Origin: Lama glama
Lineage: Eukaryota
Direction: 5' to 3'
Assembly (NCBI GenBank): GCA_028534125.1
Contig: CM052817.1
Location: 20,152,001 to 20,216,000 of the forward strand
Length of the DNA: 64,000 nt
The position numbers were made by a program, and so were the translations under genes. The notes under the pieces are model-generated. The model was not told the origin of the DNA, made no database searches, and was given only the letters and a program-made list of their open reading frames with translations. The first letter of the stretch is position 1. The number at the start of each line of letters is the position of its first letter. Of this stretch, positions 36,670-49,519 are shown one piece after another.

Positions 36670-37960
36670 TAGTATTGAAATAATAAGATAAATAATACAT
36701 GAAAACAATCAACAGAATGAATATATAAGATAAAATTTAAGTAATAAAACAAATACTTTTGAACTTTTCACCCAACAGGAATTATATTCATATTTTCTAA
36801 TCTGTCCAGCTACCTCCCACTATTATACAAATAACTCATCAAAGAATTGCATATTTTTGCATTGTACAATAAATATATGATATTCACATGTATTCCTAAA
36901 ATATATACCCTCATTTTGCTAGTCAATAAATTAGAGCTTCATAAAATACAGTATCATATTCTAGTCGCTATCATGTTTCTGAGATTCATTCATGTTGCTT
37001 CACGGTTCTTTATTTTCACTTCTGTGTACTATTCCATTAGGCCAGGAATTAGCAAGTTTTTCTGTAAATAGGCAGAAAATAAATTGTTTGGCTTTATAGG
37101 CATATGGTCTCTGTTGCAACTACCCACTCTGCTGTCATACAGAAAAAACATCTTAACCCAATTTATAAACCAATGAGTGTGGCTGTGTTCCAAAAAAATG
37201 CCATTTACTAAAATAGGAGGCTTGCCTGCTTTGGCTTGTGGTCCATAGTTTGCAAATTCCTACATTGCATGAATATGGCCAAATGTAGTTATCCCTCCTC
37301 CTGCCTGTAGATACTTCTGTTGTTTCTAGTTAGCTATTATGAATGATTCTTGCTATGAACATTTTAGCATAAGTTTCCTGGCACATATGTGTATGCTTAG
37401 AAATGCAATTCCTAGATTTTAGTCATGCATATTTGTCAGGATAAAGCCATATTTTTTCTCAGAGTGATTTTTAGTAATTTTCCATATCACTAGAGTGTAT
37501 AAAAGTCCCTGTTGATCCCCACCCTTGCCAAAATGTGGTATTGTCAGATTTCTTCATTCGCTCCTGTCTAGTGAATATAAAATTGTATCATATTGTGGTG
37601 TGAATATTCATTTCCATGAATGAATAGCTCATATTTTTATTTATTTGTAGACATTTTTTTCTTTAAAATAATTATAGATGTCCTTTGACTGTTTTTGTAC
37701 TTGATTTTTCTATTTTTCCCACTGAATAAAAATATTATAGAAGTAATTCCTTTCCCAGTTATGTTTCAAATATCTTGTTTTGGGTTGTGGCTTATCTTTT
37801 TATTTTCCATATAACTTATTTCAATAAGCAGCTCCTGGTATTTCAGTTTATCCAGGCAATGTCTTTTGTATTTTCATTGTATACTTTGTGAAAACACAGC
37901 TGTTAAGGTAGTCATTACTGGCTTCAAATTTGCTTTAAATCTTTAATCCATCTGGAATTA
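36670..37960 (-). mobile_element. Ancient L1ME-like 3' region, interrupted by MER58A
   Basis: atcatgtttctgagattcattcatgttgc…tgctatgaacatttt…ccccacccttgccaaaatgtggtattgtcagattt…ctttaatccatctggaatt. Confidence 0.75.
37043..37262 (+). mobile_element. MER58A hAT-Charlie MITE
   Basis: caggaattagcaagtttttctgtaaatagg…catatggtctctgttgcaactac…gtgtggctgtgttccaa…ccatagtttgcaaattccta. Partial 8-bp TSD cattaggc / cattgcat. Confidence 0.9.
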
Positions 37961-38452
37961 TCGTTTCCAACAATAAGTAGTTTTCTTTGTTAAACTGAAG
38001 TTTCATCTTTTCTGTTTCATGTATTATTGGTTTTATTTTCATTATCTTCTGTTCTCTACTCTTAGTCTATTGCTATTTCTAACTTCTTATTTTTTTTTAA
38101 TATAAGATTTAAGGCTTCTTCAGATTTCAGTTTCAAGTTGGCTCAGGTCAGTCTGAGTCCTCAAAAAACATGGGCCTTGACTTTTTACTTAATTGGATCC
38201 CCTTTTTATATATGCCCATGTTTACTTTCAAAGTAATATGAAAATTCTTTTTTAACATATTTATCAATACATAAAATTTTGTGCTATGTAAGAGGGGTTT
38301 CTATATACAACATCTTGGATGGAGTTTGCACCATAATTTCAAGAGAAATTATTTGAAAAAATAAACTTTAGTACTGTTCATTTTACCCTAGCTCTCTCAG
38401 AATCTTTGATAATATTCCACAACACCAAAGAAATATCGGACATTTGTACCTA

Positions 38453-38606
38453 TGTGTGACACCCTGAATGTCTGCATCCTCCTCAAACTTGTATATTGAA
38501 ACCTTACCCCTCAATGTGATGATAGTAAGAGGTGGGGTCTTCAGGAGGTAATTAGATTTAAATCAGGTCATAAGGTGGAAACTTAATGATGGTGTTTGTG
38601 TCCTAC
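38453..38606 (+). mobile_element. MaLR LTR 5' part (MLT1A-like), cut by an L1
   Basis: ctgaatgtctgcatcctcctcaaacttgtatattgaaacctta…aatgtgatgatagtaagaggtggggtcttcaggaggtaattag. Confidence 0.8.
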
Positions 38607-39508
38607 ACTCCCTCACACCATACCTAAAAATAAACTCTGAATGGCTTAAAGACTTAAACAGAAGACAAGATACAATAAATCTCCTAGAAGAAAACATAGG
38701 CAAAACATTCTCTGACATAAATCCAAGCAATGTTTTCCTAGGGAAAGCTATGCAGGCAATAGAAATAAAAGCAGAAATTAACAAATGGGACCTAATTAAA
38801 CTTACAAGCTTTTACACAACAAAGCAAACCATAAGCAAAACAAAACGACAGCCTACAGAATGGGAGAAAATATTTGTAAATGATGCGACTAGCAAAGGTT
38901 TAATTTCCAGAATATATAAATAGCTCACACAACTTAATGAGAAAAAAACAAACAACCCAATCCAAAAATGGGCAGAAGACCTAAACAAACAATTCTCTAA
39001 TGAAGACATACAAATGGCCAATAGGCACATGAAAAAATGCTCAATATTGGTAATTGTCAGAAAAATGTAAATCAAATGAGGTATCACCTCATACCAGTCA
39101 GAATAGCCATCATTCAAAAAATGCTGGAGAGGCTGTGGAGAAAGGGGAACCCTCCTACACTGTTGGTGGTAATGTAGTTTGATGCAACTATTAAGGAAAA
39201 CAGTTTGGAGATTCCTCAAAAACCTAAACCTAGACTTACCATATGATCCAGCAATCCCACTCCTGGGCATATATCTGGAGAGAATACTAATTCAAAAAGA
39301 TACATGCACCCCAATGTTCATAGCAGCACTATTTACAATAGCCAAGACATGGAAACAACCTAAATGTCCATCAACAGATGAATGGATAAAGCAGCTGTGG
39401 TATATTTATACAATGGAATACTACTCAGCAATAAAAAAGAATAAAATAATGCCATTTGTAGCAACATGGATTCACCTAGAGATCATCCTTCTAAGTGAAG
39501 TAAGCCAG
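38607..39508 (+). mobile_element. Young L1 ORF2 3' region (inactive), running into a gap
   Basis: ORF from 39179 (…[25 protein letters not shown]…CTPMFIAALFTIAKTWKQPKCPSTDEWIKQLWYIYTMEYY…). Upstream in-frame TAG at 38921-38923 and small deletions. Confidence 0.97.
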
Positions 39509-40008
39509 NNNNNNNNNNNNNNNNNNNNNNNNNNNNNNNNNNNNNNNNNNNNNNNNNNNNNNNNNNNNNNNNNNNNNNNNNNNNNNNNNNNNNNNNNNNN
39601 NNNNNNNNNNNNNNNNNNNNNNNNNNNNNNNNNNNNNNNNNNNNNNNNNNNNNNNNNNNNNNNNNNNNNNNNNNNNNNNNNNNNNNNNNNNNNNNNNNNN
39701 NNNNNNNNNNNNNNNNNNNNNNNNNNNNNNNNNNNNNNNNNNNNNNNNNNNNNNNNNNNNNNNNNNNNNNNNNNNNNNNNNNNNNNNNNNNNNNNNNNNN
39801 NNNNNNNNNNNNNNNNNNNNNNNNNNNNNNNNNNNNNNNNNNNNNNNNNNNNNNNNNNNNNNNNNNNNNNNNNNNNNNNNNNNNNNNNNNNNNNNNNNNN
39901 NNNNNNNNNNNNNNNNNNNNNNNNNNNNNNNNNNNNNNNNNNNNNNNNNNNNNNNNNNNNNNNNNNNNNNNNNNNNNNNNNNNNNNNNNNNNNNNNNNNN
40001 NNNNNNNN
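39509..40008. other. Assembly gap (500 N)
   Basis: Run of N. Confidence 1.
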
Positions 40009-40451
40009 GGAATCTCTCCCTTACTGCAGTGGTTTGAATGAAATCTACCCTGCCAACTTTCACAAATGTCCAGTGCAATTTTTCTTTAGCATCAGACATG
40101 TAACTGGTTGAGTGATGCTCTCAGAAGTTCTCGGAACACAGTATGCCTCCTGTACCCATGATGTACATTCTGCCTGGAAAAGCTTTTTCTCCAAATCCAT
40201 GTGTGCAAATTCTTGTTCACCTTTGAAGATCAGATCAAGTGCAACTTGTTGTCATTGCATTTCTGCTTAGTTGTTTATGTTTAATAATTAATTCTATTAG
40301 CCTCCCAGTGCACGAAAGCCTGAACTTTCTGTTTCTGTAGCTCTGTGGTTACAAGAGTTCCTGTGACTATTTGAGGGCAAGATCCACAAAAGAGACTGTT
40401 TCTTTTCTGGGGCAGATTATTTAGCAACAACTCAGTAATTTCCACAGTTTG

Positions 40452-40595
40452 TTTTCTCTCTTTCTTTCTTTCTTTCTTCCTTTCTTTCCTTCCTTCTTTT
40501 CTTTTCTTTTCTTTTCTTTTCTTTTCTTTTCTTTTCTTTTCTTTTCTTTTCTTTTCTTTTCTTTTCTTTTCTTTTCTTTTCTTTTCTTTCTTTTT
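40452..40595. repeat. Polypyrimidine simple repeat (CTTT)n-(CTTTT)18
   Basis: 144 bp with no purine on the + strand; 18 CTTTT units at 40496-40585. Confidence 0.98.
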
Positions 40596-41817
40596 GGCTA
40601 CCACAGGTAATGGTGCTAAGGGTAGGTTTTCTGTAAGCCTGGCTCCTGGAATTGGATTAAAAATAGCTCCCAGCTGGCCCTCAGGGGAAATGAGAATCTT
40701 TGTTGTTTTATAGAACTTAGATTTCAAGTAATTTATTACCACCATACAATCTAGCTTAACATAATGTTTATTTCACTGTATCCCTCTTAGATGACTTAAA
40801 TTATCTAATATAAATTATATTTATTTATGTATTTATAAGGTTTTTCCTAGTAGACTAGAAAGCTTTAATGATAGAATTTCCTTTTAAGAATACTTTACAA
40901 ACAGTAAGCACTTAATAGATATCTTGCTTCTTACTCATGATTACAAAGATAAATAAATGAATTAACATACAACTAGATGATGACCACTTTCTTGTATCTG
41001 TATTTTCAGTCTAGAATTGCACTTTATAAATGAGTACTTTGGATTGAATAATCCTGTATCCTCTCACTGAAGCAGCTGTACATTTTGCTTCCTAAGAGAT
41101 TCTTTGTACTGTAAAGGGCACGAGCAAATCATTATCGATATACCCATAAGTTTTTTTGTACAACATTTCCGAGATGTGTTGGCTGGTACAGGATTGGCCT
41201 TGATTATACTTGGAATGAAAGCACCCATACAGATTTAGAAATTGCTGACACAGTAACACCGGCTTATATATCTATAACCAGTCTGTTTCCAATTTTACAG
41301 GAAGGTCTAGTTGGCAGTGTTAGCATTTTTCAAAAGTTGAAAGCAACAGGAAATAACCTTAGGCTTAATAAGCTTGTTTTGCTAACAATGAGATTTTTTC
41401 CTTTGAAAAGTATTGATTCATTTCTACATTCCATCATAGATAGCATTGTCAAAATTGTTTACTGTCTGAAAATGGAATCAACACTCGATAACTGACATTA
41501 AAGTAGAGGGGGCATTGCTATAGATAATTCAAATATGCAGAGAATTATCCAATCAATTACTTCTTGTTTGTGAATATATATTTTTCTTGATATATATACA
41601 CATACATATATTTAAATCAACCATTTTTCAACAAAATGACCCACTTACAATAAAATCTGACTATCTGTTAAAAGCTACCTTTTTTTTCACACTAGTTTCA
41701 GAAGATTGGCTGCTTCAAATAGTTTATTTGAATAGTTTTGTTATTGAATGGTTACAAAACTCAGCTGGTCCTTACGGGAAGAAGAGCTATAGTATAGACA
41801 ATGAGAAACGGATGAGG

Positions 41818-42161
41818 GAAAAAAGAAAAAAAAGAAAAAGACAAATGAACATAAATACAAAACAGAAACAGACTCATAGACATAGAATACAAACTTGGTT
41901 GCCAGGGTGAGGGGGATGGGAAGGGACAGACTGAGAGTTCGAAATTTGTATACACTGACACGTATATATAGAATAGATAAACAAGATTATACTGTATAGC
42001 ACAGGGAAAAATATACAAGATCTTGTGATAGCTCATGGTGAAAAAGTATGCAACAATGAATATATGTATGTTCATGTATAACTGAAAAACTGTGCTCTAC
42101 ACTGGAAATTGACACAACATTGTAAACTGACCTATAACTCAAAATAAAATTAAAAAAAAAA
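41818..42161 (+). mobile_element. Young L1 3'UTR with poly-A
   Basis: Same subfamily as 18941-19146. TSD agaaacggatgagg (41804-41817) / agaagtgaatgagg (42162-42175), 11/14 match. Confidence 0.93.
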
Positions 42162-44319
42162 AGAAGTGAATGAGGTAACTGTTCTCTAGCTTTCTCTTTG
42201 TCACCAAATATACTTCAGCTTTTCATGTTTTCCTCCATGCCTCCTCCCTTCTCCTGCTTTCTCAGAACATCGCTGACAATGACCTCTGCAAGCCTCATGG
42301 ATGTGGCCTCCAGCTAATGCAGGAACATCTTCTTGCCTCCTTTTTTTGTTCTGTATCTGTTAGTTCTTGTCCCCAAGATATTTTAAATTATTTAGTATAG
42401 TATTTGGATGTCCATGCAAGAACAAAAATGCTCTAGTGAGAGAAAAGAGATATGGGGAAATAGATACCCTGATACATTCAAAATATCACTTTTCCAGGTC
42501 CTATACATGGAGCAGATCGAGCTATGAAAGGATATTGAATTGAATCATTTCGCGTGTGTGTATGTGGGTGTGTGTTTTAAATGTGTGTGTTTATGGGTGT
42601 GTGTTTTAATTTGACTCAGCTAACATACTATAAGGATTCATAATTGATTTAAAAGAAGAAATACTTTCATATTAATGGCTATTACTGTTAAAAAGAGCTA
42701 ATTTAAATGCCATGAATATCATGTAAGGAAAATAATATGATATGAGAAGCTAATTTAGTATGAATAAGTACATAAATTGTTCTGCTTATGTATTTGTGAA
42801 CAAAAATGGACACAAAATGCTGAATTAATTTACCTTACCAATGGATAATACTAACAGTTGGTACCATTATAAGATTATTTTCAAACTCTCCTGAAAAACT
42901 AGTATTGTGTGTTTTCATATATTTTACATATTTTATAAAAAATCTTATTTTGTGTACTTAACTAAATACCAATGTTCTCAAAATGAATTAGTGAAAAACA
43001 TTTATCAAGAACTCACAGTAATGTTTTATTAAATCTAAATGTGCTAATATTGGAATTAATTTCAGTGAGACACTAGGAGCACATTTGATTTATAAACAAA
43101 CACATATATTTGTTTATAAATGAATATATATATATATTTACATGTGGGGCTTTCTCTCTAGATATTGAGCATTGTAGTATGAATAAATTCTGAATGAACA
43201 GAATATCATGGAAATGGACAATCATTTGGAGACTTCAAATAGGTTTCAAATATTCAATAGACTTCAAATATTTCTAAGAAACTAACATGAGAAACATAGT
43301 AGTAATGGCAATGTCTCTAATGTCACGAAGAGCATCCATGATACATTCTTGCTTATGCCTTTTTCCAGCTGAAATTTATCATGTTCAGCCAGAACCAGAG
43401 TTAGTGACTCACCGACATAAGCACAGAAGGTCTGAAACAAAGCAAATATTTTTGAGACTTCAAAGAAGCTAACTTTATACTATGCAAAGTAGCTCAGGGC
43501 TATGTCCTGAACTGTATAATTAGTCAATGAATGTTTATTTTGATAGAATAATGACTGTATCCATTTGCTGGAACACTTGAAAGCAGTGCTCAGTGAGAAA
43601 GCTGTTGAATTCTATTACAGCGCATACTCTATTCTCCTTAATAATGATATCTGAATTAAAACCTCATGAGAAAGTCTTTTTTTTTTTTAAGTCTAAGCTT
43701 CCCTTGAATTGCAAATTATTACTTTTCTCAACATAACTATGATGGTCGCTTTCCATTTCTGCTGTGAAACAGCAGTTTCCAATGCCAAATTGACATTTAA
43801 GAGCATTGTAGAAACCTACCACAGGTCTTGCAGAGAACTAGTATAGATTTGTTCGGTAGGGATTTACAGAGGAATTATAAAGATCCCCTTAGAACACTGA
43901 AAATTCCTGGCAAATCTCCCTTATATTGATGAATTTTGACCCATTACTCTCTTGAATGGCAAGAATGCTGCCCCCATTGTCTTTTTTTTTTAACCTCCCA
44001 TCCTGTAAACTGGAAACCTACAAGCATACTCACTAGACTCAGAATAACTTACCTTTCCATTGAAAAATGCCTGCACTGCTACTGGAGTTACCGAATGCTA
44101 CCATTAAACGCAATGCCGATACGGCTAAAATCCTTCTCAAACAATTTCAGCTATTTTCACTCATCACAGGATACAAAGATTTTGTCTCTGACATCTTGGC
44201 TCCTTTCTATAGCACCATTCCATCAAAGGCAGAGATTTCCACGTATTAAACAAGTAAAATCAGGTATGCTAATGTCCCCCAAAGTTTTCCAGTGAAACGA
44301 CGTATCTTCTTGAACCAAA

Positions 44320-44778
44320 ACCAGTGAGCATTTGCTATGTAACACAGCACTCTAATCCTTAGTGACTTAAAATAACTACTATTCTAAGGGGAGGAAATTT
44401 GGAGGGGAGGATGTGGGAACAGCTAGGCATGTCTTCTAATGTTTGCTGGGCTGGGTGGGCTGGGTGCGGGCTGGTCTAGCTTGGCCTCTGCTTCAAGAGG
44501 ACGCTCATCCTCCAGCTTGCTTGTGCAAGCTTGTTTCCACGGCAGCAATTCAGGTTTCCAAGACACTGAGCAGAAGCATGTAAGTCATTTTGAGTCCTAG
44601 GAAGCAGCGTGGCATTACTTCCTTTAAATTCTATTGACCAAAGTAAAGCACACGGCCAACCCAAATTCAGGCGGAGGAGAAATAGACTCTGCATAGGAGA
44701 AGATTTAAAGTCAGATTCTAAAGGGTGTAGCTACAGAGAAGAATAAAGAATTTGGGCCATTATATTGTAATTTACAGA
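44320..44778 (-). mobile_element. MaLR solo LTR (MLT1H-like)
   Basis: Antisense MLT1 landmarks tttgctatgtaacac…cttagtgacttaaaataac…ctcatcctccag…attctattgaccaaagtaaagcacacggccaacccaaattcagg…aaatagactc. Confidence 0.8.
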
Positions 44779-45599
44779 AACTCTCGCATCTCTAAAGGAT
44801 ACTCTCAATATGAAAAGTAACAAAGTATTCAAATTTAATATGAAAAGTGCCAAAGCACTAAAAAATAAGAGCTGCCCAAAGTGTGGGCTCAGCTCTGAAA
44901 TCACTGAAAACAATTGTTGGCATTCTGACTCTGTAAGTTGTGTTACGTGACTTTGGCCAACAATCCCACAAAGATTTTGTTTTCCCCTGAAACAAATAGA
45001 AAATTCATACCTGATCCGATCTGAGTCTGAAAACGTCTAGGCTTGTGGGAAAGGATAGTTTATAAGAGCTATCATAAAAATTAGAAGTCCATGATAAGGA
45101 TACTTTTAGTCTACATGGTGAAATGGAAGTTAAATTTAGAAAATAAATTATTGATAATAAATAGTGCTTGCTATAGAAATGTCCAGCAAAAGCAGCTGGC
45201 AGTGTGGTGGAAGTTGCTTTTTAAAGTGAGGACCAGACCCTAAGACTTCCTGTTGTGTCAGCTTCTTGTTTCGTGTGCCCTGTTTCACCCTCAGATCTCA
45301 TTTAGGTGAGCTCGTAAGTTCCCATTTTACTACCAGGAATAATCATTACAATGTAAAAATATTTGGTTAGTGATTTACCATCCTGCCCATGGAAAGTATA
45401 GTACTGTGAAACTCAAGTTTGAGTTTTGCAAAAATCTGTTAACTTTCATGATATTTTCTTGAAAAGCATTAAAAAAAAAAAAGTGAGACATACCATGGAC
45501 AAAACTTATCAGAAGTTCTGAAACAAGAGGAGTTACCCTAATGTGATACATTATTCTCAAATGTAAATCATTCCTAGATCAAATAGAAAGATTGAAGAA

Positions 45600-45735
45600 T
45601 ACTTAGATGTTTACAAACTCTTTCTTTTTAATGGGGAGGAAATAAAGATTCAGAAAAGAAGCCGTGTTAGTCAAGTACAAGCTGGCCTGTTGACAAGGCT
45701 GATTTCCAGTGTAAAGTCCTTCTACTATTACCTTC
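45600..45735 (-). mobile_element. MIR fragment
   Basis: ttttaatggggaggaaataaagattcagaaaag…caagtacaagctgg…ccttctactatta. Confidence 0.4.
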
Positions 45736-46847
45736 TGCAAGATATATTTTCATACATATGAAACTGCATGATCTGCTTCCAAGATCTGTGCATGTGTGTA
45801 CATGTGCCTGCTTGTGTGTGTGTGTATGTATGTGTTTGTGTGGTATGAGTTTTAAAAGAATATAAATTAGATTTTAAAAATTGACCACACATTACTCCAA
45901 CATTCTAAGTTCCTCATGTTAAGAAAATAAGAAACTTAGGGAGCATAAGTAATAGGTTGAAAACATCCAGTGAAGCAGTAAACTTATAACCTCGTTTGAA
46001 TGGCTCCCAGGACACTAGAGTGCATCACAAAATTTATGTTACTGTACAGCGTGGAAAAAACCAAGATAAATCTTTTTTTTTTTTAGTTTAAATTCTTACT
46101 ACTTCAAGGCCAGTGGGAGATGTGAGTACTAGATAATCTTTAGTCTACCTCTGATTCATCTCCAATACAAAGACATCATTTATATGCCAAAAATATCAGA
46201 TAGTGCCATCTTCCATGTGATTTTGCTTCTGTTTTGCACAGACTAATATTTTGCTGATTACAAATTTCACTAGCTGAATACATTTCCCATTATTTTCTAA
46301 TACATTGGTGAAAATAATTGCCCTGTGGTTCCAGCATCAGTGGCTTTTTACCAAACAAGAGTTTCCACTGAGAAAAGTTACGGTTATTACCTTAGAAGAG
46401 ATGTGTTATTTTATTTTTCCCACAACAGGAGGGCCTCTACAAGTCCAAAGTCACATACAATTATATACTACAGAGCAGAATAATAGAACACTGCACTAGG
46501 ATAAATTTTGTACCCACTTAATTGAAACACTTGCCAAGGAGCTGGGTGAGAGCAATGTATTTCAATCACTCCAAACAATGGATAAATGAGACACATTCCT
46601 TCTAAATGACACATTTTAGCTGTCTGGAAGCTTATTCACAGTTGTGCGTGGTAACATAAGTGTGCTACTCTGTTCCTTACAATTGATCCATTTCAAGCTG
46701 TGCTTTGAAGCTGTTTATTCCAAGAGCCTTCTTAATATTAAGAAAAAAAGAAAATATTTTTAGAGGTAGTGCTAAATGTTTTTAGATATAGACCAATATT
46801 TTCCCACTCCCTCTAGGATATATATGTGAGTATATTTGTATCCTGGT

Positions 46848-46973
46848 CTTTTTCTCTCTATCTTTCTGTCTCTCAGTCTCTGTTTCTTTGTCTCTCTGTC
46901 TCTCTGTCTCTCTCTCTCCACACACACACACATACATTTGTGTGTGTGTGTATATATACACACACACATATGT
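46848..46973. repeat. Compound microsatellite (TC/TCTG)n-(CA)n-(TG)6-(TA)4-(CA)5
   Basis: Directly visible; includes a perfect 28-bp palindrome at 46941-46968. Confidence 0.95.
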
Positions 46974-47296
46974 AGTGAAAAACATGAATACATTTTCTTA
47001 ATTTTTCACATTAAGCCAAGTTGGCCTAAACTAAATATTTGTATTGTAGTCTTCAGCTCAGCATTTGTTTCTTTACTAAACTAGAATATAAATGATAGGC
47101 CTATGCTAGTAATTCAAAGAACAAAGACTATAAATTTATTTCAACAGAAATATTACTAAATAACTCTTTTAATATTTCTGAAAAAAAAAAACCTGACGAA
47201 AGAGAAACAAAGAAAAGATAATTCACTCCTGAAGAAAACCAAAATAAAAATAATGGAGAATAGAGGCTGAGAACACTTGTTTTAATGAGTTACAGG

Positions 47297-47415
47297 CAGA
47301 ATCGCTATACAATTTATCACCCTAACCATGACTTTGAGAAAGAAAGAGGGTATTGTTAATAACTAAGCCAGAACCACAGGATTTTCCCAGGTACACCAGG
47401 CTTTATGGTTTCTCT
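47297..47415 (+). mobile_element. MER94-like MITE
   Basis: ctatacaatttatcaccctaacc…ctttgagaaagaaagagggtattgttaataactaagccagaaccacagg…cccaggtacaccaggctttatgg; homologous to the split copy at 29131. Confidence 0.65.
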
Positions 47416-49519
47416 GGTCATCCTAGTTATAGGTAATTAATCATAGATATCTTTTTAAAATGATATTACATTGTTCAATCCTTCTTATATTTTATCTATA
47501 ATTTCACAATTATTATAAGACAAAAGATTGAGATTAGTATATGATCTACAGGATGGCAAAATTTCCCACAAGAAAGCAATATAAAACTTATTTTCTCTAA
47601 GCCTTGCAGTCTGAAAGCTCTCAGGAAATCTCTAGATCTTAAAATGCCCCACAGATTAATGTAGACTAGGTTTATGTCTCTAGATTTTAAAGAGAATCAC
47701 ATCTGAAAAAAATGACTATTCCATAAGGAATTAGGAATGTCTCACAGGCATTTTAAAACGTTTTTCCTGGCTTAAAACAAAAAACAAAAAACCAAAAAAC
47801 TCTCCATCTTCTCTTTAAATTTGGCAGGATGCAAATGAAGTACTCACCTGTATATGGAGGGTGGGAAACTACCTGTTGACATCTTCTGAAATCTATTCTC
47901 TAAACCTGCTCTTGTCCCCAAATAGGTTGGAGAAGGCTCTTCTCTAGTATGAGTACACATTTTATGTTTATTTGTTTGTTTTTAGAGATCAAGAAATCAC
48001 ACCATTCATGTGAGAAATCTGATTACTCTTTTTGAAATTAGTGCCTATAATAATTCTGTGCAACTGGTGTTGTGTTCTTGTGACTTGTTTCTGTGGCCAC
48101 ATCCTGGGGAGGGAGACCACCTCCTCTGGGATGAGTGGAGAACAAGAGCAACCCGAACAGAAGCAAGCAAAGCAAGAAAGTAGCGCTTTTATCTGATGTC
48201 ATGTTGTTGCGTGAAGATAAACTGAACCTCAATTACTGAAGCTGGGGATTGGGGTATGGGTGAAACACGGTGTCAGAGATTCAGTTCACAGTGGAGCGTG
48301 AAAAGAGTGGAGGGAAGAGTGTCTGAATAATGACGCAAGTCTTGCTGATTAAGCTCCCTAGTTTGGAGAACCTAAGCCCAAACACTGAATTTATGCATAG
48401 GGGCCCTAGGATTTTGAGGGGTCGCATAAATGTTTCTAGAGAGAGGATTACAGAATGGGGCTCAGGAGGTAAGCTTTTATGATTTGATGTGTCCTTGGAC
48501 ACCGCTCTTAACTGTGGGGAGAGAGAGCAGAATTAAATGTTGGTGACCCTCCTGGTAGCCTGTGATCAACACTTAAGTATCCAAACAACCTCCCAGAAGA
48601 TGGGCATCAGGAATATTAGGAGACTAGCTTCTAACATTTACTGCCTTTTCCCCTCAAAATCTGGAACTTTCCTTGCCTAACCTAATTCTTGAAGGTCCAA
48701 AAAGAAAAAAAAAAAAAAAACCCTTCTTGCCTTGTGTGTTGGGATTGTGCAGGTGGGAGGTGACAGGGCAATCAAAGTGTGATACAGACTACACACTGCA
48801 CTGTAGCTGATTTTCACCACGTGTGTCACTATCCATCACTGGACACAAATTTTCCCTGCCTAGGGTTTCTGAAGTTCAGAAGCTAACTGCAGTATAGTCC
48901 AAGAAGCCTTTCTGTGGGCAGCCTTTTTTCAAAAAATATACTCAAGTATTTCTACATAACTTTTACACATAACATTTTACTGGTGATTGTATACACCAAA
49001 TATTAATGTTATGTTATTATAAGAACAGATACTAAAACAAGTTAACTCAGGACCCACACTTTACTCAGTTTCATGCATATTATTTAACATGTATTATGAT
49101 GCTCTATATTATAGACATTATGAAAAACAGAGAGGGTATGAAATTGTCCAGGCCCTCAGATAGATCATGAAATTTTTTATATTCCCTTGATCTAGATACA
49201 GTTTCCCTTATAGTTAGTACTTGGGATTATGTGAAAATTTGGACTACTACATGATTCTATTATCTTCAATTTAATATATAAAATCTCCTAGTTAAATAAA
49301 ACACACACACACACGCCCAAAAATAGTTTGGCAAGAAGTAGGTCAACTAAGTCAAAATTTTTAGTCTCTGTCAGGGTGCTTTAGTTGTTAATTCTTATGG
49401 AAAATAGTCCTCTGAAAACTAGATTTGACATTAAAAATTTTTTTTCTGCTAAATTAAATCAAACCATAGCATTTTCTGCAAGCATTACTCCAAACTTACT
49501 TCAAAATGAGACTTTGTAA

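Noticed and set aside
39179..39508. Open ~110-aa protein-like frame as a host gene
   Set aside because: It is the LINE-1 ORF2p C-terminus in a 5'-truncated copy with an upstream stop and deletions. The antisense ORF 38812-39270 is its shadow.
40281..40745. 154-aa Lys/Glu/Arg-rich ORF
   Set aside because: Translation of the (AAAAG)n simple repeat.
41500..41520. CTCF-like agtagagggggca
   Set aside because: Lacks the 5' CC of the core and has an extended G run; weak match.
43230..43272. Repeated ttcaaata units resembling a mini direct-repeat array
   Set aside because: Short, degenerate, low-complexity slippage with no unique spacers; not CRISPR-like, and the DNA is mammalian.
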